DNA of 64,000 nucleotides from Syntrophaceae bacterium (GTDB taxonomy: Bacteria; Desulfobacterota; Syntrophia; Syntrophales; UBA5619): positions 26,238 to 90,237 of the forward strand of contig PLLC01000024.1 of the NCBI GenBank assembly GCA_003141195.1, in the 5' to 3' direction. Positions 8,563 through 17,165 of the stretch are shown here, in pieces (the stretch's first letter is position 1; each line of letters opens with the position of its first letter). The notes beneath the pieces are model-generated. The model was not told the DNA's origin, searched no databases, and saw only the letters and a list, made by a program, of their open reading frames with translations. The translations under genes and the position numbers were made by a program.

Positions 8563-9765
8563 TCAAAATCCATCGGCTACGTATGTAATCTTGCAATCCG
8601 TGCGGTTGGTGCGGAGCTGAACGATTTGTTCGGCAATCGCTTCCAGCCCGACCTTCTTCGTGATCAGAGGGGTCATATCCATCCCCGCGGCCATGCATTC
8701 GATGACCCGCGGGAAGGTCCCGTACCCGGAATGTCCCTGGGCGCCGACGATTCGCGATTTCTTGACCTGCAATACCTCACCGGTCACCGGTATCTTTGCA
8801 TCGGCCCGGGCCACGATCACGACCGTGCATCCGATCGTCTTTCCCCTCCAGATCGCCTGTTCAATGCCCGGGTAGACCACGGCCGGCAGGCCTGTTGCCT
8901 CGACATAGAGGTTTGCCCCCATGCCGTCCGTATACTCCAGCACCTTTTCCGTAAAATCTTCCTTCAGCGGATTGATGATGAAATCGGCGCCCATCTTCCT
9001 GCCCATTTCCGCCCGCTCTCGAACGGTCTCGGACAGGATGACCCTGGCCGCTCCCGCACGTTTCAGAACGGCGGCGGCGCCCATACCGATGGGGCCGCTG
9101 CCGCAGATCACGACGTTATCGCCCGGCCGGATGCCGCCGCCGCACTCGATCACGGCGTTGTAGGCAACGGAGGTGGGTTCCACCAGGCTGCCGGCCAGGA
9201 AGAGATCTTTGCCGGAGTACCTTCTCTTCAGCGGAGCGAGGCTCCAGACAACCCTGGAAGGCACCACAAGATATTTTGTGTACCCCCCGTGAATGTTGAA
9301 ACCGATCTCATTGAGCTGTTCGCATTGATTCGGGTATCCGTCAGCGCAGGGTTTGCACTGGCCGCACCAGAACATCTCCTCCACGGTGACTTCTTCCCCG
9401 GCCTCAAAGGCCCTGTTCGTACGTTTATTGCGGGCGTTTTTCCCTGCCGTGACGACGACGCCTGCAATTTCATGCCCCATAATCGCGGGGAACCCGGTCA
9501 ATCCCGGGTACAGGATGTAACCATCCCGGTCGGCTTCCGCCATATGCACGTCGCTGCCGCAGATACCGCAGGCTTTGACTTCGATCAGAACCTCCTCGAT
9601 ACCGGGCTCCGGCACATCGTATTCCCGGATCTCCATCCGCGGATTCTTCCAGACCTTGCTCCCGAGATAGGTCTGCGTATGATCAACATCTTTCGGTCCC
9701 AATACGAAATCCGGTTTCGGCACCCAATCCGCTATCAGGGTGACCCCTCTCATCTTTTCTGCCAT
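8563..9765 (-). CDS. zinc-dependent (MDR) alcohol/polyol dehydrogenase, IolM-like candidate
   Basis: ATG at 9765 preceded by GGGAGG (track start GTG at 9768). GICGSDVH zinc motif, second Cys cluster CGQCKPCADGYPNQC, Rossmann motif VICGSGPIG. Confidence 0.8.
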   Translation of the reverse strand: MAEKMRGVTLIADWVPKPDFVLGPKDVDHTQTYLGSKVWKNPRMEIREYDVPEPGIEEVLIEVKACGICGSDVHMAEADRDGYILYPGLTGFPAIMGHEIAGVVVTAGKNARNKRTNRAFEAGEEVTVEEMFWCGQCKPCADGYPNQCEQLNEIGFNIHGGYTKYLVVPSRVVWSLAPLKRRYSGKDLFLAGSLVEPTSVAYNAVIECGGGIRPGDNVVICGSGPIGMGAAAVLKRAGAARVILSETVRERAEMGRKMGADFIINPLKEDFTEKVLEYTDGMGANLYVEATGLPAVVYPGIEQAIWRGKTIGCTVVIVARADAKIPVTGEVLQVKKSRIVGAQGHSGYGTFPRVIECMAAGMDMTPLITKKVGLEAIAEQIVQLRTNRTDCKITYVADGF

Positions 9766-9829
9766 CACAACATACCTCCCTTGATCATTTCAGGTGGAAC
9801 GTCCCCCCCCCCTTTGATAGAGGAATACA

Positions 9830-10840
9830 TCAATCCCGTTTTATTTTCACAAAGCGACCGCTCTTGATGGACTCCAGCGCGGCATAACCCATGGCCACCG
9901 AGATTTTTCCATCCAACCCACCGACGGAGGGAGTCTTGTTATCCATAACGCACGTGACAAACTCGCTCATCTCGGCAAGATATGCTTCCTGATATCGTTC
10001 CAGGAAGAAATGGAGAGGCTTGTCGCTTTGTATCGAGTCGGCATTGTGAATCGTGACCTCGGTCGGCGTCTTGTTCCCTACGGCAACCGAACCCCCGGAA
10101 CCAAAGATTTCGACTCTCTGATCATAGCCATAGACCGCCTGCCGGCTGTTGTCGATCGTCCCCAAAGCCCCGCTTTGAAATTTGAGCAGCACCACGGCGG
10201 TATCGACATCCCCGCACTGCCCGATTGCAGGATCGATCAGACAATGACCCGTCGCCATCAGCTCCGTGACCTCCTCGCCCAGGAGGAAGCGAGCCATGTC
10301 AAAGTCGTGAATCATCATATCCAAAAACAGTCCGCCCGAAATTTTGACATAGTCGAGCGGCGGGGGTTGCGGATCCCTGCTCGAGATCCGGAGCAACTGG
10401 GGAACGCCTATCTTTCCGGATTCAACCAGCCTCCTCGCCCTTTGAAAACCGGGATCAAAACGCCGATTGAAACCGACCTGCAGCTTCACTTCCGCTTTCC
10501 GAACCGCCGCCAGCGCCTCATCAATCTTGTCCATTTCCAGCGCGATCGGCTTTTCACAGAAAATATGCTTTCCGGCCATCGCCGCCTCAATCATGATCCG
10601 GGCATGGGTATCCGTAGAGGAACAGATCACCACGGCCTGAATGTCGTCATTCACAAGCAGGCGGCGATAATCTGTTTCGCAGACGGGGATTTCCAGTTCG
10701 TCGGCAACCTTTTGCGCGGACTCTGCGACGACATCCGCGACCGCCAGTAATTTTGCACCGGGGATTTGAAATTTTAAATTCCGGGCATGGATCCGGCCGA
10801 TCCTCCCTGTCCCGATGACCGCAATATTGACTCTTTTCAT
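9830..10840 (-). CDS. iolG: Gfo/Idh/MocA oxidoreductase, myo-inositol 2-dehydrogenase-like
   Basis: 336 aa with AGAGGAG RBS. N-terminal VNIAVIGTGRIGRIHARNL Rossmann fold, EKP motif (FCEKPIAL), overall IolG-like layout. Confidence 0.7.
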   Translation of the reverse strand: MKRVNIAVIGTGRIGRIHARNLKFQIPGAKLLAVADVVAESAQKVADELEIPVCETDYRRLLVNDDIQAVVICSSTDTHARIMIEAAMAGKHIFCEKPIALEMDKIDEALAAVRKAEVKLQVGFNRRFDPGFQRARRLVESGKIGVPQLLRISSRDPQPPPLDYVKISGGLFLDMMIHDFDMARFLLGEEVTELMATGHCLIDPAIGQCGDVDTAVVLLKFQSGALGTIDNSRQAVYGYDQRVEIFGSGGSVAVGNKTPTEVTIHNADSIQSDKPLHFFLERYQEAYLAEMSEFVTCVMDNKTPSVGGLDGKISVAMGYAALESIKSGRFVKIKRD

Positions 10841-10896
10841 TACTCGCTCCTCTTTTCTCGTCTACATCATTCCGTCCGCTCGGTCAAGCCTTCGAG

Positions 10897-10936
10897 ACGG
10901 TATGCTGTTACGACGTCCAGGCATACCGTTTTTTTT
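10897..10936 (+). terminator. intrinsic-terminator-like hairpin oriented on the plus strand (9-bp stem ACGGTATGC/GCATACCGT followed by T8)
   Basis: Left arm 10897-10905, right arm 10921-10929, T run through 10936. Sits between two minus-strand genes, so the U-tract is on the non-coding orientation. Confidence 0.5.
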
Positions 10937-10942
10937 CGCTGT

Positions 10943-12046
10943 CTATGTAGGAAGAATATGAATCCGCTCCGGGTTGATCCGGAAGGAAACGTCCTTATTG
11001 TTCAGTTCTTCATTACCCGGATCGAAGATATCTACAATAAATTCCATTCCGAGCGATTCTATCCAATAGCGGACGCTCGATCCCTCGAAAATCGAATTGA
11101 CCACTCTTCCCCGAAAAACATTCTCCCCATTCCCCTGACCGCGCAAGGCGCTTTCAAGACGAATGGTTTCCGGTCGAACGCAGAGGGTTATATCGTCGCC
11201 GGGCTTGTAGGTCCTCTCCGCTTCTTTATCAGCGGGCACGACCAGCACCGGTTCCCCTCCGACCGAAACAAGGATGGTTCTCGATGAAGAGCTCGCAACC
11301 TTGCCCTTCATGAGGTTCACGATGCCGACAAAGGACGCGACAAAGGTATTTCTTGGACGATAATAGATCTCGAAAGGGGACCCATATTGAACGATTTTTC
11401 CCTCGTTCATGACCGCGATCCGGTCGGACAACGACAGCGCCTCGGCTTGGTCGTGAGTGACGTAGATTGTCGTAATCTTCAGCCGCCTTTGGAGCTGTCT
11501 TAGCTCAGCCCGAATATTTATTCTGAGCTTTGCATCGAGATTCGAGAGCGGTTCGTCGAGAAGAAGGATTTCGGGTTCCATGACGAGCGCCCGCGCGAGC
11601 GCGACCCGCTGCTGTTGACCGCCGCTGATCTGACCGGGAGTGCGATCGAGAAGAGCTTCAATCCCAAGATATCCAATCGTTTTTTGAAGCCTTTTTTCGA
11701 TATCCTCCCGCGTCATCTTCTGGATTCGGAGTCCGTAGGTGATATTTTCCCGAATCGTCATATGGGGAAACAGGGCATAGTCCTGAAAGACCATAACGGC
11801 GTTCCGGAGGTGGGAGGGAACATCGTTGATCAACCTGTCTCCCATGTAAAGATTCCCGTGCTCCACTTCATAGAACCCCGCGATCATTCTCAGCAGGGTC
11901 GTTTTTCCGCATCCCGATGGTCCAAGAAAGGTCGTAAAACTTCCCCGCGCAATATCGAGCGACACCGAATCGAGGGCCTTCGTTTTTCCGAAGGTTTTAT
12001 GGACATTTTCAATTCTCAAATGTATTTCATTCATGGCCATAGACAT
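10943..12046 (-). CDS. ABC transporter ATP-binding protein (importer 1)
   Basis: 367 aa. Walker A GPSGCGKTT, signature LSGGQQQRVALARAL, Walker B LLLDEPLSNLD, C-terminal TOBE-like domain. Alternative starts at 12040 and 12034. Confidence 0.9.
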   Translation of the reverse strand: MSMAMNEIHLRIENVHKTFGKTKALDSVSLDIARGSFTTFLGPSGCGKTTLLRMIAGFYEVEHGNLYMGDRLINDVPSHLRNAVMVFQDYALFPHMTIRENITYGLRIQKMTREDIEKRLQKTIGYLGIEALLDRTPGQISGGQQQRVALARALVMEPEILLLDEPLSNLDAKLRINIRAELRQLQRRLKITTIYVTHDQAEALSLSDRIAVMNEGKIVQYGSPFEIYYRPRNTFVASFVGIVNLMKGKVASSSSRTILVSVGGEPVLVVPADKEAERTYKPGDDITLCVRPETIRLESALRGQGNGENVFRGRVVNSIFEGSSVRYWIESLGMEFIVDIFDPGNEELNNKDVSFRINPERIHILPT

Positions 12047-12055
12047 CCTTCGAGA

Positions 12056-13666
12056 CTAGACCTTAAAGAGTTCGAACCTTTTTCCAAGCGCGAGTTTCGC
12101 GATTCCCAAAACCAGAAAAGCAATGATAAGAAGCGAACAGGTCAACGCGGCCGCCTTTCCATAGAAACCGTCGCTCACGAGATTCATGATGCTGAAGGTG
12201 GCTACGACATTCTTGGAAGTCGCAAGGAATACGATGACGCTCAAGGTCGTGATCGCCCGGATGAAAGAGACGATAAACGCGGAAAAGAAGGGCCCTTTGA
12301 TGAGAGGGATCTCGATTTCCTTGAAGATCCTCATGCTGCTTGCACCGAGATTACTTGCGGCCTCATGGAACGACGGGGAGATTTGCTGGAACGCGCCGAT
12401 TCCCGTTTGATATCCCATCGCGATATTCCAGAACATCAGACTCAAAATGATGATCGCGGCAGTGCCGTGCAAGTCGACCGGAGGGCGCGTAAAGGCTATG
12501 GAATACCCGATTCCGAGAAATATCCCCGGCAGAGCGGTGGGAAGGATGCATGTAAAGTCCACGAATCGTCGCAGGAAAAATTTCTTTCGCGAGACGAGGT
12601 ATGCGGCGACCATGGAAAACAGTGCGCTGCCACCCCCCGCGAGGAGCGAAAAGACGAGACTGTTTGTGACCTCCGTGGACCTCGAAAAGATTTCCCGGAC
12701 ATAGCGCAGGGTAGGAGTCCAGTCGAATCCCCATCCATTGACGAAGGCGCCCATGAACAGCGCAAGATACACGAGAAGGATGAGCAGTGAAAACACGGAG
12801 CAGAAAGCGAACAAGAACCATCTCATAAAGCTGCCTATTCTCCGGATATCGATCTGCGTGCTCTTCCCTGTAATCGTCACGTAGGACTTTTTCCCGACCC
12901 AGAGGCGCTGGAAAAGAAAGATGGAAAAGGAAGGGACCAAGAGAACAAGCGATAAGATGGCGGCGCCGGAGACGTCGGCCCATCCCTCGATCCTCATCCA
13001 TGCCTCCGTCGCGACCACCGAGAAATCGCCGGAAATCATAATCGGGTTCCCGAAATCGGCCAAGACCTGAATCGAAACAAGAAGGGCCGCCCCGGCGACT
13101 CCCGGCCGGGCAAGAGGAAAGGTGATCGTTTTGAAAAGGGTAAATCCCGTCGCTCCAAGGTTCCTCCCGGCATATTCGAGGCTCGGCGGAATCGATTGCA
13201 GGACCCCTTCCATCATAAGGGCCGCGATGGGAAAGAAGGCTATCGTCTGAGCAAGCCAGAGGCCGTGCCACCCAAAAATGTTGACGGACAACCCCAGCAG
13301 CTTCGCCGTGATGATTCCATTTTTCCCAAACATCATGATGTAGCTGAAAGCCACCATGAACGGAGGGGAGAACAGGGGAAGGAGGCTGATCAGCTTGAAA
13401 TATTTTCTCAGCGGAACATCCGTCCTGGCGATGGTATACGCAAAAACGAAACCGACGAAAGCGGAGGAGCTCGTCGACAAGACGACCATGAACAGGCTGT
13501 TGAAAATCGCTTTGATGTACCGGGGGTGCGAAAGGACGGTGATCAATTCTTTCCCGCTTGGATACAGGAAAACCCTGACAATCGGGTAGATGACGAATAG
13601 AAAGAGACACGAGATGATAAAGAGCATCACAACAGCAAGAAAGGGTTCCTTCGCAATGCGCTTCAT
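12056..13666 (-). CDS. ABC transporter permease, fused two-domain (FbpB/ThiP-like), importer 1
   Basis: 536 aa, about 12 hydrophobic segments, two BPD-transport (EAA-loop) repeats (LEYAGRNLGATGF..., FHEAASNLGASSMRIF...). Confidence 0.85.
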   Translation of the reverse strand: MKRIAKEPFLAVVMLFIISCLFLFVIYPIVRVFLYPSGKELITVLSHPRYIKAIFNSLFMVVLSTSSSAFVGFVFAYTIARTDVPLRKYFKLISLLPLFSPPFMVAFSYIMMFGKNGIITAKLLGLSVNIFGWHGLWLAQTIAFFPIAALMMEGVLQSIPPSLEYAGRNLGATGFTLFKTITFPLARPGVAGAALLVSIQVLADFGNPIMISGDFSVVATEAWMRIEGWADVSGAAILSLVLLVPSFSIFLFQRLWVGKKSYVTITGKSTQIDIRRIGSFMRWFLFAFCSVFSLLILLVYLALFMGAFVNGWGFDWTPTLRYVREIFSRSTEVTNSLVFSLLAGGGSALFSMVAAYLVSRKKFFLRRFVDFTCILPTALPGIFLGIGYSIAFTRPPVDLHGTAAIIILSLMFWNIAMGYQTGIGAFQQISPSFHEAASNLGASSMRIFKEIEIPLIKGPFFSAFIVSFIRAITTLSVIVFLATSKNVVATFSIMNLVSDGFYGKAAALTCSLLIIAFLVLGIAKLALGKRFELFKV

Positions 13667-13749
13667 GGATCTTTCCTAAATGATCATCGTTCAGGGTCGA
13701 TTTGATAAGCGGGCCGCGGGGCCCGCTATCTTTTACATATCCGCTATCT

Positions 13750-14781
13750 TTACATACCCGTTATCGACGCCCATTCCTTTTTCCACTTGTCCACGTTCTC
13801 GTCGGCCTTTTTCAGGTCCCAGGGAGCGAGCTTGACTTGTTCGAACGGGGGAACTCCCGCAGGCAATTCAACACCCCCCCGAACAGGGTACCGGTATCCG
13901 TTTCTGGCGTTGATCTTGCCTGCCGCCGGAGAGAGAAGGAAATCGAGAAATTTCTTCGCGGCTTCCGCATGAGGAGCCCCTTTCAAAACCGATGCCCCTC
14001 CGATTTCAAAGCCGGTATCCTTCGGAAAAACGACGACGATTGGAAGATTTCCCTGCATTTTCTGTTTAAGGGTATCGTGTCCCCATGCAAACCCTACGAT
14101 CGCTTCGCCTTGGGAAACAAGAGGTATGGATCCGTTCGCCCCTTTCGTATATTGAGCGACGTTCGGGTGAAGCTTTCTGATATAATCGAACCCGGCCCGT
14201 TCGCTTCCGAGCCGGAAGATCTGCGCCGCCATCATGAGATAGGCGCCACCGGTCGTAGCGGGATTGGATGCTATGACCCGTCCCTTGTATGCCGGATCGA
14301 GAAGATCGTCCCATGTCGTTGGGGGCTTGAGCCCCAACGGTTTTATCTTTTCGTTGTAGAGTTTCTCATTATACAAAAGACAGAGAGCTCCGAGGTACCA
14401 ACCGGTCCAATAACCGTCCGGGTCCATCAGGTTCGGATTGATACCGGCCTCTTTTATGACGGGAGATGTGTATTTTTGAAGGAAACCGCCGCGTGCCAGG
14501 TCGGAATGAAAATTTGAGTTTCCTCCGATTAACACATCCGCCCGCGGATTCGAGGCTTCGGTTTTAATGCGGGCGGCCACTGTCCCCGCCTGCTCGATCT
14601 GGAGAGCGATTTCAGCTGTAAATCCCGTTGCTTCCTTGAATGCCGCCGCTAACTCGCTTGTGGTCTTTTCATCGAGCGCAGCATAAATGACAACCTTCTT
14701 TTCCGCCGTTTCTCCCTGCCCCGCTCCGAACGCGCTCATAGCGATCAGAAACACAAGCAGCACCAAGAGCATCTTCTTCAT
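13750..14781 (-). CDS. ABC transporter periplasmic substrate-binding protein (family 1, Fbp/PotD-like), importer 1
   Basis: 343 aa with GAGGAGGGAG RBS and a signal peptide MKKMLLVLLVFLIAMSAFG. Paralogous to 18952-19959. Confidence 0.85.
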   Translation of the reverse strand: MKKMLLVLLVFLIAMSAFGAGQGETAEKKVVIYAALDEKTTSELAAAFKEATGFTAEIALQIEQAGTVAARIKTEASNPRADVLIGGNSNFHSDLARGGFLQKYTSPVIKEAGINPNLMDPDGYWTGWYLGALCLLYNEKLYNEKIKPLGLKPPTTWDDLLDPAYKGRVIASNPATTGGAYLMMAAQIFRLGSERAGFDYIRKLHPNVAQYTKGANGSIPLVSQGEAIVGFAWGHDTLKQKMQGNLPIVVVFPKDTGFEIGGASVLKGAPHAEAAKKFLDFLLSPAAGKINARNGYRYPVRGGVELPAGVPPFEQVKLAPWDLKKADENVDKWKKEWASITGM

Positions 14782-14852
14782 TTTACTCCCTCCTCATTCT
14801 TGATAAACTACCTGCTATTGACTTCTCGGCCCCGGAGGACCGAGAAACACCC

Positions 14853-15854
14853 TCAACACCCGCAGGAGTGTCGTATCTGCAGTTTTGTCGACAAGATGAT
14901 CCGAGATTCCAGTGCCCGTCCCCCTTCTATAATCTGGATGAGGTTTCCCACCGCCAGGTCCCCGATAGCGTGCATCGGTTGCTGAACGGTTGTAAGTGAA
15001 GGCTGAAGATATTCCGCGAAGAAATTATCGTCGAAACCCGTGATGGCAATGTCTTCCGGCACCCTCATGCCGATATCCTGGCAATACCTCATAACTCCGA
15101 GAGCCATGTGATCATTCGCCGCAAACACGACATCGGCCCTCTCGGTTTCAAGAAAGGTCCGCATCGCTTCGTATCCTGATTGACGAGAAAAATCGCCTCG
15201 AACGACAACGACATTCGCCGGGTCGATTCCTTGTTCACTCAATCCAATCTTGAATCCGTAAATCCGATCCTGGGAATCTAAACTTTCTTCGGGTCCCGTA
15301 ATGAAGAGGATTCTTTGAAAACCGTGCATCGCATAATGTTTGGCCATGAGTCGCGCGCCGCCGATGTTGTCGATGAGTATTGACGGGTGATCGTCGCTGA
15401 ACGGAGGCTTCCCGATGATAATATACGGGATCTTTCTTTTCTTGAGGCGGTTCAGAAATTCCAAGTCGAAAGAGGACGATCCCGCAAAGCGAAGAAGGAA
15501 GGCATCGACTCTCCGGCCTTCAATAAGATCGATGAGCGCTCTCTTCGTATTTCGCGTTTTGATAATGAGATTGTATCCCTTCTCTTCCGCCGCGGCATCC
15601 GCCCCCGCAATCAAAGCAGTATAATACTCCCTCACGACGTCCGGCAGAAGAATCGCGATCGTTCTTGAGTTGCCGCCGGAGAGAGCCCTTGCCATGAGGT
15701 TCGGCGTGTACCCGAGTTCCTGTACCGCCTTTTCGACTTTTTCGGCCGTGGAGGGCTTCACGATACCTTCTCGGTTGATGACCCGAGAGACCGTCGCCCG
15801 TGAGAATCCGCATTTTTCCGCGACAACATCTATCGTTATCTTTTGCATATTCAT
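14853..15854 (-). CDS. LacI-family transcriptional regulator
   Basis: 333 aa. N-terminal HTH TIDVVAEKCGFSRATVSRVIN followed by a periplasmic-binding-protein-like sugar-binding domain. Confidence 0.9.
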   Translation of the reverse strand: MNMQKITIDVVAEKCGFSRATVSRVINREGIVKPSTAEKVEKAVQELGYTPNLMARALSGGNSRTIAILLPDVVREYYTALIAGADAAAEEKGYNLIIKTRNTKRALIDLIEGRRVDAFLLRFAGSSSFDLEFLNRLKKRKIPYIIIGKPPFSDDHPSILIDNIGGARLMAKHYAMHGFQRILFITGPEESLDSQDRIYGFKIGLSEQGIDPANVVVVRGDFSRQSGYEAMRTFLETERADVVFAANDHMALGVMRYCQDIGMRVPEDIAITGFDDNFFAEYLQPSLTTVQQPMHAIGDLAVGNLIQIIEGGRALESRIILSTKLQIRHSCGC

Positions 15855-15867
15855 CCATGATTCAATT

Positions 15868-15881
15868 TGTAAACGCTTACA
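15868..15881. promoter_or_regulatory. LacI/CcpA-type palindromic operator TGTAAACGCTTACA
   Basis: Fits TGWAANCGNTNWCA. Lies 14-27 nt upstream of the LacI-family gene start (15854) on the minus-strand side. I saw no other copy in the window. Confidence 0.6.
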
Positions 15882-16058
15882 TTATGAATCATCCAATTCC
15901 CGTAGTCAAGCTTTTTTTTGGTATTCTAAGCTCCGAGTGAAACCCCTGAAGAAGCTTGAACGTTTTCAAAGCGGATTTCTAACGACCGTAGTATGAGCGC
16001 CCCCTCTCTCGAATCGGGGGGAGGAGAAGGGATCGGCGGAATGTTCCATATCTCAATC

Positions 16059-17141
16059 TCACGCCTTGATCAAATAAATATTCCTCAAATCAAAATTGAG
16101 GCACACCCGGTCACCCGTACGGAAGATGCCTGTCTTCAGCGGATTGGAAACCTGGATGGTAAAGACCTGACCCTCTGCGGTCACCTCGTAGTTCACTTCG
16201 GATCCCAGATAGGTGACCAGGGTCACCTCTCCGTTGCAGACCCCTTCCTGAGCGGACAGTTCGATCATCTCCGGCCGGATGACAAGGGTTACGGCATCCC
16301 CCTTCTTGAGATGAGGATACCTCTCAAAAGAGAATCTTCGGTTCCAGAATTCCACCTCCTGTCTTCCGTCGACACTTTCCAGGACATTGCCGGTCATAAA
16401 ATTCGTCTGTTTACCGATAAAATCGGCCACAAATTTCGTCCTCGGCCTTGAATAAATCTCCTCGGGCGTTCCGACCTGCTCGATTTCTCCCCGGTTCATC
16501 ACCACGATTCGATCGGAGAGGGTCATTGCCTCTTCCTGGTCGTGGGTGACATAGATGGATGTGATATTGGATTCCTGCTGAATTTTCCGGATGAAGATGC
16601 GCATCTTGATCCGCAGCTTGGCATCCAGATTGGAGAGCGGTTCGTCGAACAACAGCACCTTCGGTTCGTTGACCATCGCCCGGGCCAGGGCCACCCTCTG
16701 TTGCTGGCCGCCGGACAACTGGGCCACGGGCCGGTTCCCCAAACCGGCCAGGCCGACGAATTCAAGAATTTTCTCCACCCTCTTCCTGATCTCTCCCGTT
16801 GCAAGATCCCTGAATTCCAATCCGAAGGCCACATTTTTATAGATATTCATATGTGGGAAGAGGGCATAGCTCTGAAACACCATGCAGGTATCCCTTTTAT
16901 TGGCGGGGATGTCGTTGATCTTCACATCATCGAGATGAATATCGCCGGTGGTCGGGTTTTCAAAGCCGCCGATCATCCGTAAGATCGTCGTCTTGCCGCA
17001 GCCGGAAGGGCCGAGAAGCGTCAGGAACTCTCCCCGTTTCATTTCGAGGTTGAAATTCTTGACGGCGATCACCTTTTCATCCTGGTACGCACTGAGAAAC
17101 TCTTTCGTGAGATTCTTGATTTGCAAATAGGCCTGATTCAT
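16059..17141 (-). CDS. ABC transporter ATP-binding protein (importer 2)
   Basis: 360 aa. GPSGCGKTT, LSGGQQQRVALARAM, LLFDEPLSNLD. Paralog of 10943-12046. Confidence 0.9.
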   Translation of the reverse strand: MNQAYLQIKNLTKEFLSAYQDEKVIAVKNFNLEMKRGEFLTLLGPSGCGKTTILRMIGGFENPTTGDIHLDDVKINDIPANKRDTCMVFQSYALFPHMNIYKNVAFGLEFRDLATGEIRKRVEKILEFVGLAGLGNRPVAQLSGGQQQRVALARAMVNEPKVLLFDEPLSNLDAKLRIKMRIFIRKIQQESNITSIYVTHDQEEAMTLSDRIVVMNRGEIEQVGTPEEIYSRPRTKFVADFIGKQTNFMTGNVLESVDGRQEVEFWNRRFSFERYPHLKKGDAVTLVIRPEMIELSAQEGVCNGEVTLVTYLGSEVNYEVTAEGQVFTIQVSNPLKTGIFRTGDRVCLNFDLRNIYLIKA

Positions 17142-17165
17142 GCTGTGGCGGCTCCCCTGAATGGA

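Noticed and set aside
7333-9867. 844-aa plus-strand ORF, the longest in the track
   Set aside because: It lies antisense to two well-supported genes (creatininase-family, Zn-dehydrogenase) that have RBSs and family motifs. Its translation is Arg/His/Gly/Asp/Pro-rich low complexity with no motifs. Long stop-free antisense frames are expected in GC-rich coding DNA.
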